Source: Bradyrhizobiaceae bacterium (GTDB lineage: Bacteria > Bacteroidota > Ignavibacteria > Kapaibacteriales > Kapaibacteriaceae). Taken from it: DNA of 64,000 bases. The notes beneath the pieces were generated by a model that worked only from the letters and a program-made list of their open reading frames with translations, made no database searches and was not told the origin of the DNA. Below are positions 48,100 to 57,690 of this stretch, in pieces; positions within the stretch are counted from its first letter, which is position 1, and each line of letters opens with the position of its first letter. Position numbers and translations under genes: made by a program. The stretch lies in contig JAGFIZ010000047.1 in assembly GCA_024103135.1 (NCBI GenBank), positions 107 through 64,106 of the forward strand, in the 5' to 3' direction.

Positions 48100-49688
48100 T
48101 TGTTAGTGGTTTGATCGTTGATGTTCGGAACAGACGAACGTTTACCGGCCATGTACACGTAGAAAATGATCGGATTGTTCGCATTGTTGCCGATGATACC
48201 CAAGCCCCCTCACTGACAATCCTGCCGGGCTTCGTCGATGCTCACGTGCACATCGAAAGCAGCTTGCTTGTTCCTTCCGAGTTCGCTCGCATGGCCGTTG
48301 TCCACGGTACCGTAGCTACGGTTAGCGACCCACACGAGATCGCCAATGTGTGCGGGATGGAAGGTATTCGCTTCATGCTGGACAATGCGTCACATGTGCC
48401 CTTTACGTTTGCCTTCGGCGCACCGAGTTGTGTACCTGCAACACCGTTCGAAACCGCTGGAGCAGAGATCACCGCAGATGATATCGACGAGCTGCTTCGT
48501 GATGAGCGCATTCCATACCTCAGCGAAATGATGAACTGGCCTGGCGTCCTGCACGATGATCCGGTCGTTCTTGAGAAACTTGCCGTAGCAAGGAAGCATG
48601 ATAAACCAATCGACGGACATGCACCAGGACTGAAGGGCGATGATGCTCGTGCCTATGCCAGCAAAGGTATTAGCACCGATCACGAGTGCTTTATGCTTGA
48701 CGAAGCAACCGATAAGCTTGCATGCGGCATGAAGGTGCTGATCCGTGAAGGGTCGGCAGCCCGCAACTTCGATGCACTACACCCCGTGATTGCAACGCAT
48801 GCTGATCGCGTAATGTTTTGCTGTGATGATGCTCATCCCGACATGCTAAGCGTTGGACATATCAACAAGCATGTTCAACGAGCACTTGCACTTGGATACG
48901 AGTTGTTTGACGTGCTGCAGATTGCCTGCATTAACCCCGTCGATCACTACCAACTACCTGTGGGTACACTGCAGGAAAAGGACTGGGCAGATTTCATCGT
49001 CGTCGATAACCTGCGCTCGATGAACATCATGCAAACCTGGATCAAGGGTCAGCTCGTTGCAGAACAAGGAAAGTCCAGAATTCCTTCATCCTCGATCACT
49101 CCCGTAAACTCCTTCAATAGAGAGCCAATTGAGGTTGCAGACCTGGCATGTGATGATACCGGCGTTGTGCGAGCAATCGTCGCCCATGACGGACAACTTG
49201 TTACCTCGGAGGAGCATGTCCGCACATCCGACCCAGACGTTCTGAAGATCTGCGTCGTAAACCGCTACGCCAATACGCCTGTAGCCGTTGCATTCGTGCG
49301 TGGCTTTGGACTTACGAGTGGGGCGCTGGCCTCGAGTGTTGCCCATGACTCACATAACATCGTTGCCGTTGGGTGCTCTGATGCAGATATCGTTCGTGCC
49401 GTTAACGCCGTGATTGCGCAGAAGGGTGGACTAAGCGTTGCCGACGCAACGGGTGCTCACGTTCTGCCACTTCCGGTTGGCGGACTCATGAGTGATGCTG
49501 ATGCATGGACGGTGGCAGAACAGTACACAGCACTTGATACACGGGCAAAGAACCTTGGTTCGCCTCTCAGAGCCCCCTTCATGACCCTTTCGTTTATGGC
49601 ACTGTTGGTAATTCCGCAGTTAAAGCTTAGCGACAAAGGATTGTTTGACGGACAAACGTTTACGTTTGTCTCACTACAGGTCACATAA
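48096..49688 (+). CDS. ade: Adenine deaminase.
   Basis: Amidohydrolase metal site GFVDAHVHIESSLLVP, its length, and a C-terminal domain consistent with AdeC. Confidence 0.8.
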   Translation: MIVSGLIVDVRNRRTFTGHVHVENDRIVRIVADDTQAPSLTILPGFVDAHVHIESSLLVPSEFARMAVVHGTVATVSDPHEIANVCGMEGIRFMLDNASHVPFTFAFGAPSCVPATPFETAGAEITADDIDELLRDERIPYLSEMMNWPGVLHDDPVVLEKLAVARKHDKPIDGHAPGLKGDDARAYASKGISTDHECFMLDEATDKLACGMKVLIREGSAARNFDALHPVIATHADRVMFCCDDAHPDMLSVGHINKHVQRALALGYELFDVLQIACINPVDHYQLPVGTLQEKDWADFIVVDNLRSMNIMQTWIKGQLVAEQGKSRIPSSSITPVNSFNREPIEVADLACDDTGVVRAIVAHDGQLVTSEEHVRTSDPDVLKICVVNRYANTPVAVAFVRGFGLTSGALASSVAHDSHNIVAVGCSDADIVRAVNAVIAQKGGLSVADATGAHVLPLPVGGLMSDADAWTVAEQYTALDTRAKNLGSPLRAPFMTLSFMALLVIPQLKLSDKGLFDGQTFTFVSLQVT

Positions 49689-49689
49689 C

Positions 49690-50586
49690 ATGAAAAGCGA
49701 AAACACATGGTTGGGGAGTGAGTTCCCCGTCGACAGTGAAGTATTGCGGCTGATTCAGTTTGCCATTCACGAAGATGTTGGCCCTGGCGACATCACGTCG
49801 GAACTCACCGTTCATCACACATCACATGCAGCAGCACGCTTCCTGCTTAAGACAAGCGGTGTGGTCTGTGGATTGCCGATACTCCGACTGGTCTTTGACG
49901 AGTTTAGCGCCGATGTAAACCTCGAACTCAAGGTTCGTGAGGGCGATTGGTGTGAAGAAGGCACGGTGATCGCAACCATCGAAGGTTCTGCTCACGCTCT
50001 GTTGGCCGGTGAGCGCACGGCCTTGAACTTCATTCAACGGCTCAGCGGTGTTGCGACGCTTACGCGCCGTTATGCAGATCGGATTCAAGGCACAAATGCC
50101 CGCATTCTGGATACGAGAAAGACCATACCTGGTTGGCGCGTCCTTGACAAGTATGCCACACGCATTGGCGGGGCATTGAATCACCGCATGGGTCTGTACG
50201 ATATGGTGATGATCAAGGACAACCATATCACGGCAATGGGTGGCATTACCGAAGCCGTAACACATTGTGTGCAAGAACTGCGTAACAACACATCAATCAA
50301 GATCGAAGTAGAAGCACGGTCGCTCGACGATGTACGCGAAATTCTCTCATGTCCGGGAGTACATCGTGTAATGTTCGACAACTTCACTCCAGCTCAAGTA
50401 GCCGAAGGTGTTGCTTTGGTGAACAAGACGTTGGAGACGGAAGCAAGCGGCGGCATCACCTATGGGAACATTCGTGACTATGCCGAGGCAGGGGTCGACT
50501 TCATCAGCGTTGGTGCAATAACGCACAGTGCCGTTGCACTCGACATTTCGATGAAATTGTTTGTGCCCAAGGGTAAACACCTGTAG
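49690..50586 (+). CDS. nadC: Nicotinate-nucleotide pyrophosphorylase (quinolinate phosphoribosyltransferase).
   Basis: LLAGERTALNFIQRLSGVAT, ILDTRKTIPGWR, MIKDNH. The start was moved to the ATG at 49690, 1 nt after the ade stop. Confidence 0.9.
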   Translation: MKSENTWLGSEFPVDSEVLRLIQFAIHEDVGPGDITSELTVHHTSHAAARFLLKTSGVVCGLPILRLVFDEFSADVNLELKVREGDWCEEGTVIATIEGSAHALLAGERTALNFIQRLSGVATLTRRYADRIQGTNARILDTRKTIPGWRVLDKYATRIGGALNHRMGLYDMVMIKDNHITAMGGITEAVTHCVQELRNNTSIKIEVEARSLDDVREILSCPGVHRVMFDNFTPAQVAEGVALVNKTLETEASGGITYGNIRDYAEAGVDFISVGAITHSAVALDISMKLFVPKGKHL

Positions 50587-50644
50587 ACAATCCACCCTAA
50601 CCTCAACAAGATTCGGTTTCCTACAGGGTACATGGACGTCATGT

Positions 50645-51277
50645 CTAGTTCGATGGTTGATGTGCGTTTAGTACATGCATTGCAAGTGCGTACACTCTGC
50701 TGCGCAAGGGAAGCGGGTCCTTAACTCGAATTCTGCCGCCATAACTCAGCACCCACTGTGCTAGTGCATCGTTGGGTGGAACGGTAAGGTAGAGCAAGGC
50801 CGTACCATCGGTTTGTTTTTCCAGGCGCTGACTTGGATGCAGTTCCACACTTTCAAAATGCAGAACAAGATCGGCATCCAGCTCCATGGTTACCAGCGCC
50901 TCTGGCGTTGGATCATGTGGCGCTGCTGGTGCACCAGCATGCGGCGCGAAGAGTACGGGAACAGGACCCTTGAGTATGTACGTATGCTGCTTCGCATCGT
51001 ACGATATCGGAACGTGCAAGGAGTTGATCAGATAATCGATGTCACGTGCAATCGTGCGTGCACTGACTTCCAGTACCGACGCCATACGGCGCGCCGTAAC
51101 GGGGTCACCATTGATCAAGGCGGCCAAAATGGTCTGGATTCTATACAACGCCGGTTTGGGCAAAGCACGGACCCACGTTGAGTATCGTACATCGCGGAGG
51201 ATGCACGATGCTACGTCGAGCCCTATGCCATACGCTGTCATAGGCCTAGCAAGCAACAAAAAATAGTCTGTCCCCAT
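50645..51277 (-). CDS. HTH_11-type (YafY/DeoR-like) transcriptional regulator with a WCX-like C-terminus.
   Basis: ARRMASVLEVSARTIARDIDYL is the HTH. The C-terminus reads LAQWVLSYGGRIRVKDPLPLRSRV. The start is uncertain. Confidence 0.45.
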   Translation of the reverse strand: MGTDYFLLLARPMTAYGIGLDVASCILRDVRYSTWVRALPKPALYRIQTILAALINGDPVTARRMASVLEVSARTIARDIDYLINSLHVPISYDAKQHTYILKGPVPVLFAPHAGAPAAPHDPTPEALVTMELDADLVLHFESVELHPSQRLEKQTDGTALLYLTVPPNDALAQWVLSYGGRIRVKDPLPLRSRVYALAMHVLNAHQPSN

Positions 51278-51326
51278 TCCACGAAGGTGGAAGGGGGCTA
51301 TGGCATTGTGACCATCGGGGTAGGGA

Positions 51327-52934
51327 CTACAACTCTCGGCGCAATCGGGCGACGGGTATGCGGAGTTGTTCTCGGTACTTGGCTATGGTGCGGCGTGCAA
51401 CGTTATAACCAAGTAGCTTCAGGTCGGCAGCAAGCTTGTCATCACTCAAGGGCTTGCTCTTGCTCTCTGCTTCGATAAGCTCCTTGATCTTCTGCTTGAT
51501 GATTCGTGTGCTTACTTCTTCGCCGTCATCGGTGACAAGTGACTCGCTAAAGAAATACTTCAGCTCGAAGGTTCCATACTCAGTCTGAACGTACTTGCCA
51601 TTCACGATTCTGCAGACGGTGCTGATATCAAGTCCGGTGAGCTCGCTCACGTCACGATAGATGAGCGGCTTTAGTCCTGATGGCCCTTCAAGAAAGAAAT
51701 CTCGTTGCAGACCAGCAATGGCCGTCATCACGCGAAGCATGGTGCTTTTACGCTGACGTATGGCCTGCATGAGGAACTTGGCATCTTCATACTTCCGTCG
51801 CAGGAAATCGCGCGTTTCTTTGTTGAACTTGTGAAAGCGCGCTTCCTTCTTGAGTCTGTCGTAAGCATTGCTTACACGGAGGACGGGCAGGCGTGAGTCG
51901 TTGACAACGATGGTGAAGTCCGAACCATCCTCGGTACGTTCTACCGTAAAGTCGGGCGAGATGGTGTTGAACTCTGGTCCGAAGGTCCCGCCACCTGGAC
52001 GTGGATTGAGATTGCGAATCACGTCGATGGCTTCGCGCAGGTAATTCTCCGTAACGTCAAGCTGACGTTCGATGACGGAGAAGTGCTTCATGGCGAATGC
52101 ATCGTAGGCCTCCGTGAGAACCATGAGTGCGAGCTTCTGTGCAGCATTGGGCTTCGAGATGGCCTTCAGTTGTGCAACCAGGCATTCTTGTACTGTGCGC
52201 GAGGCATAACCTGGTGGATCCAGACTTTGGATACGCTTGAGAACATACTCGGCAGTCTTCTCGGTGATTGGTTCAAGCACGTGGGTAACGCCTGGAATCA
52301 AATCTCGTTCGAAACCAGTTGTGCGTGTGCCCAGCAATGAAGGTGCTTGTACCGCAAGGTTATGCTCGGCGATGATGCCATTGCACTCGTCGATCAATTC
52401 CTGCACATCTCTGCGTAGGTAACCGTCGCTATCTACGTTGCCAATGACGTAATCACCAAAGAGGCGCTCTTCATCGGTGAGTTGCATGAACCGTAGCTGA
52501 TCACGCATCTCGTCCTCCAGACTACTCACAGCACGAAATGCCAGTCCTTCTTCTTCGTTCTCGTCTTCGTCGTTTGGAACGTAGTCAGCAGACCGTGCAG
52601 CAGACGGATCCTCGCCCCACAGAAGCTTGTAGAATTCAAATCCATCCGGCTCGTCGGCGATGTCCTTTCTTTCCTGGACTGCGTGAGGTACGTTGGCTGA
52701 CGGTGCATCATCAGCATCGCGTTCGGCATGAGCAGGAGGAGCGTCTTGAGTATCGTGACCTTGCACATCATCGTGGCTATCCGAATGCTCCTCCAACATG
52801 GGATTGTTTTCGAGCTCGGAAATCACGTGCTGTTCAAACTGCAGTGCACTTAGCTGCAGTAGCTTCAGATACTGAATCTGCTGCGGTGTAAGTGTTTGCT
52901 GAAGTGACGTTTGAAGGTTCAGGCCTAGCTTCAT
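51327..52934 (-). CDS. rpoN: RNA polymerase sigma-54 factor.
   Basis: The N-terminal region I (LQQTLTPQQIQYLKLLQL) and the C-terminal RpoN box (ARRTIAKYREQLRIP). Confidence 0.95.
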   Translation of the reverse strand: MKLGLNLQTSLQQTLTPQQIQYLKLLQLSALQFEQHVISELENNPMLEEHSDSHDDVQGHDTQDAPPAHAERDADDAPSANVPHAVQERKDIADEPDGFEFYKLLWGEDPSAARSADYVPNDEDENEEEGLAFRAVSSLEDEMRDQLRFMQLTDEERLFGDYVIGNVDSDGYLRRDVQELIDECNGIIAEHNLAVQAPSLLGTRTTGFERDLIPGVTHVLEPITEKTAEYVLKRIQSLDPPGYASRTVQECLVAQLKAISKPNAAQKLALMVLTEAYDAFAMKHFSVIERQLDVTENYLREAIDVIRNLNPRPGGGTFGPEFNTISPDFTVERTEDGSDFTIVVNDSRLPVLRVSNAYDRLKKEARFHKFNKETRDFLRRKYEDAKFLMQAIRQRKSTMLRVMTAIAGLQRDFFLEGPSGLKPLIYRDVSELTGLDISTVCRIVNGKYVQTEYGTFELKYFFSESLVTDDGEEVSTRIIKQKIKELIEAESKSKPLSDDKLAADLKLLGYNVARRTIAKYREQLRIPVARLRREL

Positions 52935-53524
52935 GCTTCACCCTCCTCGTCGGCCTCGTGCGCCAGATCTACCAGCGCATCGGCAACGTCCTTCCCAAAC
53001 CCACGTTCAACGGCAGTGTAAACAGACTCAACAAGTAGTGTGTTGGTGGCCTCGCCGCGCTCTCTACCGGGCTTGCACTCGGCAAAACGCTCATACCGCA
53101 GGTAGGGTCCGCCAAAATTTGCTACACGAATTGGGAAGAGGTGACAGGAAAGGGGCTTTCTAAACGTGCTCTCACCGTTGTGATAAGCCTTCTCGAATGC
53201 ACACAACGCTACATCACCATCCCAGATCACAAACGTGCAGGCCTCGTCGTTGATGCACGTTGTCTCCCAATGACCTTCTGCACCGGCAAGTGCACCATGC
53301 TTCGCAAGTGCCTGCTTGCTCTCTTCACTCATGTACTTCAATGCCGAAGGGATGGCCTTGTGGAGCTCCTCTACTTCGTCATCCCGAACAGGTGCTCCGC
53401 CCCCTCCCGCTAGCGTACAACATGCACCTTTACAGCGTGCCAAGTCGCAAGAAAACTTAGCCCGTACAACGTCTGCCTCTATGAGAAGATCATCTAACGA
53501 AAGCATCGTGCCGAAATATAGCAC
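52931..53524 (-). CDS. DUF3109-family Cys-rich protein, translationally coupled to rpoN.
   Basis: CDLARCKGACCTLAGGGGAPV and additional Cys (CINDEACTF, CAFEKAY, CHLFP). It overlaps rpoN by 4 nt. Confidence 0.5.
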   Translation of the reverse strand: MLYFGTMLSLDDLLIEADVVRAKFSCDLARCKGACCTLAGGGGAPVRDDEVEELHKAIPSALKYMSEESKQALAKHGALAGAEGHWETTCINDEACTFVIWDGDVALCAFEKAYHNGESTFRKPLSCHLFPIRVANFGGPYLRYERFAECKPGRERGEATNTLLVESVYTAVERGFGKDVADALVDLAHEADEEGEA

Positions 53525-53532
53525 GATTATTG

Positions 53533-55761
53533 CTAGGAACTCCTAAGCCGCAAACTATTTGTCACTACGGTGACCGAGCTCATCGCCATTGCTGCAGCGG
53601 CAATCATTGGAGAAAGCATCCAGCCCGTGAACGGAAACAGGGCACCGGCAGCAAGGGGAATTGCCAGCACGTTGTAGATGAAGGCCAGAAAGAGGTTCTG
53701 GCGAATTGTGTGCATGGTTGCGCGTGAGATGCGTATTGCTGTAGGCAGGGAGGCCAGTGAGTTGCGGATTAGCTGTACGTCGGCCACGGCTTGTGCAATA
53801 TCGGTGCCACTGCTCATGGCTACACCAACGGTTGCTGTAGCGAGTGCGGGAGCATCGTTGATGCCATCGCCGACCATAGCGACGATGGAGCCCTGTGATT
53901 GCAGGGATTCGATGTAGGTGGCCTTTTGCTCTGGTCTGACGTGAGCGGTGATATGTTCGATGCCAACCATCGCTGCGATGGCCTTGGCAGTTTCGGCATT
54001 ATCTCCAGTGAGCATGTGCGTGGTGAGTCCTTGGTCGTGCAGACTTTTCACGGCATCGGCACTTTCTGGTCGCGGAGGATCGCTTAGCCCAAGAACTGCC
54101 ACTACCTGTCCGCTTATCCCTACAAACACGGTAGTCTCTGCTCTTGCACGCATTGTTGCGGCGTGGGTGGCGATGTCTTGGGGGACAAGTAAGAGGGCGT
54201 CGGACATCAAGTCCTCGGTGCCGACGCGTACGGTAAGTGTATCGAACTTGGCAACGATGCCCTTGCCTGGTATGGTCTGAACGTTGTTCACGCGATGTTC
54301 CGGAAGGATAGCTCCTGCATGTTCCAGAGCTCGGGCAAGCGGATGTTCGCTTTGTTGTTCGGATGCAGCAACGGCCGACCAGACGGTGTCGGCGTCGTAT
54401 TTGGAGTTCGGACTTAGATAGCGCGACGTAATGCTGGGCTGACCTGTAGTGATGGTTCCAGTCTTGTCGAGTACAACGTCCGTTACCGTTGCAAGATTCT
54501 CCAAGGCCTCTGCCGAGCCATATAGAATCCCATTGCGTGCTCCCAAGCCCCCTCCCACAACGATTGCTGTAGGTGTGGCCAGGCCAAGTGCACATGGACA
54601 GGCGATGACCAGGACTGCGATTGCTGTGTTGAAGGCAAACGGTATGCCCTGACCATCGGGTGCAGCAAAGAACCAGATGAGTCCTGTGACGAGTGCGATG
54701 AGGAGAACGATGGGGACGAAGACGGCACTAACACGGTCGGCCAGTCGCTGCACGTTGGCCTTGCCTTCCTGTGCACGCTCGACAGCCCGTATGATACGCG
54801 AGAGCACGGTGTCGGCACCAACGGCCGTTGTCCGCATCTCAATCGCGCCATGTTGGTTAACCGAACCGCCAATGACCGTATCGCCTATGGATTTTGAAAC
54901 GGGGAGACTTTCACCTGTGAGCAACTGTTCGTCGACGGCCGTGCTACCGGACGTTATCACGCCATCAGCAGGGATTGTTTCGCCGGGGCGGACGAGTACG
55001 ATGTCGTTAGTGACCAATGCTTCAGCATTGACTTCGACAACCTGGTCGTTGCGCTTGACGCGTGCCGTTGGTATGCGTCGTCGTAGCAACGAAGTCAAGT
55101 CGCCTGCTGTACCAAGTCTAGCTCTAGCTTCGAGCCACTTGCCAAACAGCACAAGCGTGATAATGGTTGACGTCGTATCCAGGTATGCTCCATGGTGTAC
55201 CGAGCCAAGCTCATGGAGCCATGGCGTATACATCAACACCAGACTGTACAGTAGTGCCGATGCCGTGCCAATGGCAACAAGCGTATCCATTGTTGCCGTT
55301 GCATGACGGGTGGCGTTGATGGCACCAACATAGAACGACCTACCTGCCCATAACACTGGCAATGTGAGGATGAACAGTACATCTTCGGCTATGTGTATGC
55401 CTGGCACCATCGTAGCAATCATCACCAGCGCGGCAAACGGTGCAGCAATCAAGAGGTTGGACAACCAGTACCGAGCCGACTCGCGCTGAATCTTCATTGG
55501 GTCTTTGCGAGGGCTTGCAACGTCATCCGACGTGATGTCGGCAACCTCATAGCCGGCTCGTTCTACTGCAAGCTTGAGTGCTTCGTCGGTTGTGGTCCCG
55601 ACAACCGTGGCACGGTTAAGCACAAGGTTTACGCTGGCCTTGCTGACGCCGGGTGTAGATACCAGAGCATTCTCCACCTTGCTTACGCAGGCAGAGCAAT
55701 GCATGCCAACTACATCAATCTGTTTCGTTGTCGAAGTCGTACTGGTAGCAGTGGTGCTCAT
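53533..55761 (-). CDS. copA: Copper-translocating P1B-type ATPase.
   Basis: HMA domain [33 protein letters not shown]. The start was moved to MSTTATS, giving a TAATG overlap with the msrA stop. The track's upstream extension overlaps msrA. Confidence 0.9.
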   Translation of the reverse strand: MSTTATSTTSTTKQIDVVGMHCSACVSKVENALVSTPGVSKASVNLVLNRATVVGTTTDEALKLAVERAGYEVADITSDDVASPRKDPMKIQRESARYWLSNLLIAAPFAALVMIATMVPGIHIAEDVLFILTLPVLWAGRSFYVGAINATRHATATMDTLVAIGTASALLYSLVLMYTPWLHELGSVHHGAYLDTTSTIITLVLFGKWLEARARLGTAGDLTSLLRRRIPTARVKRNDQVVEVNAEALVTNDIVLVRPGETIPADGVITSGSTAVDEQLLTGESLPVSKSIGDTVIGGSVNQHGAIEMRTTAVGADTVLSRIIRAVERAQEGKANVQRLADRVSAVFVPIVLLIALVTGLIWFFAAPDGQGIPFAFNTAIAVLVIACPCALGLATPTAIVVGGGLGARNGILYGSAEALENLATVTDVVLDKTGTITTGQPSITSRYLSPNSKYDADTVWSAVAASEQQSEHPLARALEHAGAILPEHRVNNVQTIPGKGIVAKFDTLTVRVGTEDLMSDALLLVPQDIATHAATMRARAETTVFVGISGQVVAVLGLSDPPRPESADAVKSLHDQGLTTHMLTGDNAETAKAIAAMVGIEHITAHVRPEQKATYIESLQSQGSIVAMVGDGINDAPALATATVGVAMSSGTDIAQAVADVQLIRNSLASLPTAIRISRATMHTIRQNLFLAFIYNVLAIPLAAGALFPFTGWMLSPMIAAAAMAMSSVTVVTNSLRLRSS

Positions 55762-56426
55762 TACTCTTTGTACTGTTGTTTGACGCGGTCTTTGAAGTGT
55801 TTGACGAACTTTTCGACCTTCGGACGCACAACAAACGCACAGTATGGTTGACTGCCATTTTGATTGTAGTAGTTCTGGTGGTAGCCCTCTGCAGTATAGA
55901 ATCCCGTGAAGGCCGTGACCTCGGTAACGATTGGATCCGGCCACGTATGAGCCGCTTCGAGTTGTTCGATATAGGCATTCGCCGTTTCGCGTTGTGCATC
56001 GCTGTGATAGAAGATGGCACTGCGATACTGCGGTCCGACGTCATTGCCTTGTCGGTTCAGTGTGGTTGGGTCGTGAGCGGTGAAAAACACATTCAGAATG
56101 TCGGCATAGCTAACCACCGACGGATCGAAAACAATCTGACATGCCTCTGCATGCTTGGTGGTTCCCGTACTTACCGTCTTGTAATCCGCATCGTCCTTAC
56201 TACCACCACTATAGCCGCTAATGACGGTATCTACACCCTCTAGGCGTTGGAACACTGCTTCGATGCACCAGAAGCAACCACCAGCAAGGGTTGCCGTATC
56301 ACGTTCGTTGTTTGACATAGTATTGACGGTTGTTGAAAGGGGCTGTGGAGTACGGTCATTCTGCGAGCAAGCCGCCAGACTCGTACAGGTAAGGAAAAAC
56401 ATGATGAGCGATATCATAGACATCAC
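55761..56426 (-). CDS. msrA: Peptide methionine sulfoxide reductase MsrA, a predicted lipoprotein.
   Basis: [15 protein letters not shown] catalytic motif. The N-terminal [10 protein letters not shown] is lipobox-like. Confidence 0.9.
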   Translation of the reverse strand: MMSMISLIMFFLTCTSLAACSQNDRTPQPLSTTVNTMSNNERDTATLAGGCFWCIEAVFQRLEGVDTVISGYSGGSKDDADYKTVSTGTTKHAEACQIVFDPSVVSYADILNVFFTAHDPTTLNRQGNDVGPQYRSAIFYHSDAQRETANAYIEQLEAAHTWPDPIVTEVTAFTGFYTAEGYHQNYYNQNGSQPYCAFVVRPKVEKFVKHFKDRVKQQYKE

Positions 56427-57238
56427 GACGTTGTGTGTGTTCGCATTGCATAGCGCAGCTCCGGTGCTGGCAGGTTAGCTTCCGCAGCTACGGCGCGAAT
56501 GGCATCGTTGGTCGCAGCTACGATACGAGGATAGTCCGACGGCTTGCAGTATGGCCTGACGGCAAGCACTGCACCAGCCATGGTAAAGTCCATTGCCCAG
56601 ATTTCAGGAGCAGGTGTTTCGAGGACGCCAGGGATATTCTTGATTGCCGTCGTGAGCCTGCGGACGGTATCGTCGACGTCTACATCATGCGCTAACTGCA
56701 TCGTCCGATCCACTCTTCGATAGGGCGTATCGGTAAAGTTCTGAATGTTGTCAGAAAAGATCTTGTTGTTACCCACAAACGTCCGCACACCATCGGCAGT
56801 CGTTAGTGTTGTTACGAACAGGCCAATCTCTTCGACGATGCCTGCAGTGCCTCCGGCAGCAATGTTGTCGCCTACTTTGAACGGACGCAGCACGAGCAAG
56901 AATGCCCCTGCCGCAAAATTGGCGAGCAAGCTTCCCCATGCAGCACCAATGGCAATGCCTGCAGCCGCTACCAATGCAGCAAACGATGTTGTCTGCACAC
57001 CAAACTGAGCCAGTATGGCAACGATGAGCATGATGTTCAGGCCGACGCCAATGATTGACCCTAGGTACTGCTGAAGAGTGGCATCGACATGTCGGGCAGA
57101 AAGTGCTCTGCGTACGATCTTGATCACTAGGCCGATTACCCAGCGTCCGACAAACCAGAGGACTAGTGCCCCGAGGACCTTGACTCCATACTCGAGGGCG
57201 ATCCTTTCCAGGTGGGCAACGACTGCGTCAAACTCCAT
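56423..57238 (-). CDS. Small-conductance mechanosensitive channel (MscS family).
   Basis: Three TM helices and the pore-helix pattern AGIAIGAAWGSLLANFAAGAFLLVLRPFKVGD. Confidence 0.85.
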   Translation of the reverse strand: MEFDAVVAHLERIALEYGVKVLGALVLWFVGRWVIGLVIKIVRRALSARHVDATLQQYLGSIIGVGLNIMLIVAILAQFGVQTTSFAALVAAAGIAIGAAWGSLLANFAAGAFLLVLRPFKVGDNIAAGGTAGIVEEIGLFVTTLTTADGVRTFVGNNKIFSDNIQNFTDTPYRRVDRTMQLAHDVDVDDTVRRLTTAIKNIPGVLETPAPEIWAMDFTMAGAVLAVRPYCKPSDYPRIVAATNDAIRAVAAEANLPAPELRYAMRTHTTS

Positions 57239-57312
57239 GAAATTCTCCGTGCGTTTCGTTATTCAACAACGTTTGTATTCAAAGTTCTCAAGCAATTCTC
57301 TCTATTCACTTG

Positions 57313-57690
57313 TTAGCTTGCCAGAGCACGACTAGCAATCAAGCCAATCGCAGCAGCAAGTACTCCACCAATGACCGTGATTGCTACGTATACCGTTGCC
57401 ATTACGGGATGACCGCTCTGTACCAAATGCAGTGTTTCGATCGAGAACGCGCTCAACGTGGTAAAGCCACCGCAGAACCCCGTGCCAAGGAGCAGGTACA
57501 GGCTGTGCGATTCGTTACCAGAGTTGATCATCATGCCGGTGACCACACCGAGAGCTAACGATCCCAAGAGGTTCACGACGATGGTAGCCGCTGGTAAGGC
57601 ATGCTCCACAGTTGGAAGCCACGTATACACTAGATAGCGTAAACCACCACCAACGGCACTTCCCAGGATAACAAGGATTGATTGCATCAT
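57313..57690 (-). CDS. crcB: Fluoride ion channel CrcB/Fluc.
   Basis: GGGLRYLV...GFCGGFTTLSAFSIE are CrcB motifs. The start was moved to MMQSIL (126 aa). Confidence 0.85.
   Translation of the reverse strand: MMQSILVILGSAVGGGLRYLVYTWLPTVEHALPAATIVVNLLGSLALGVVTGMMINSGNESHSLYLLLGTGFCGGFTTLSAFSIETLHLVQSGHPVMATVYVAITVIGGVLAAAIGLIASRALAS

Noticed and set aside
55762-55944. 61-aa N-terminal extension of copA in the track ORF.
   Set aside because: It overlaps the msrA coding region. The family-typical start (MSTTATS, immediately before the HMA domain) coincides with the msrA stop, giving a TAATG overlap.
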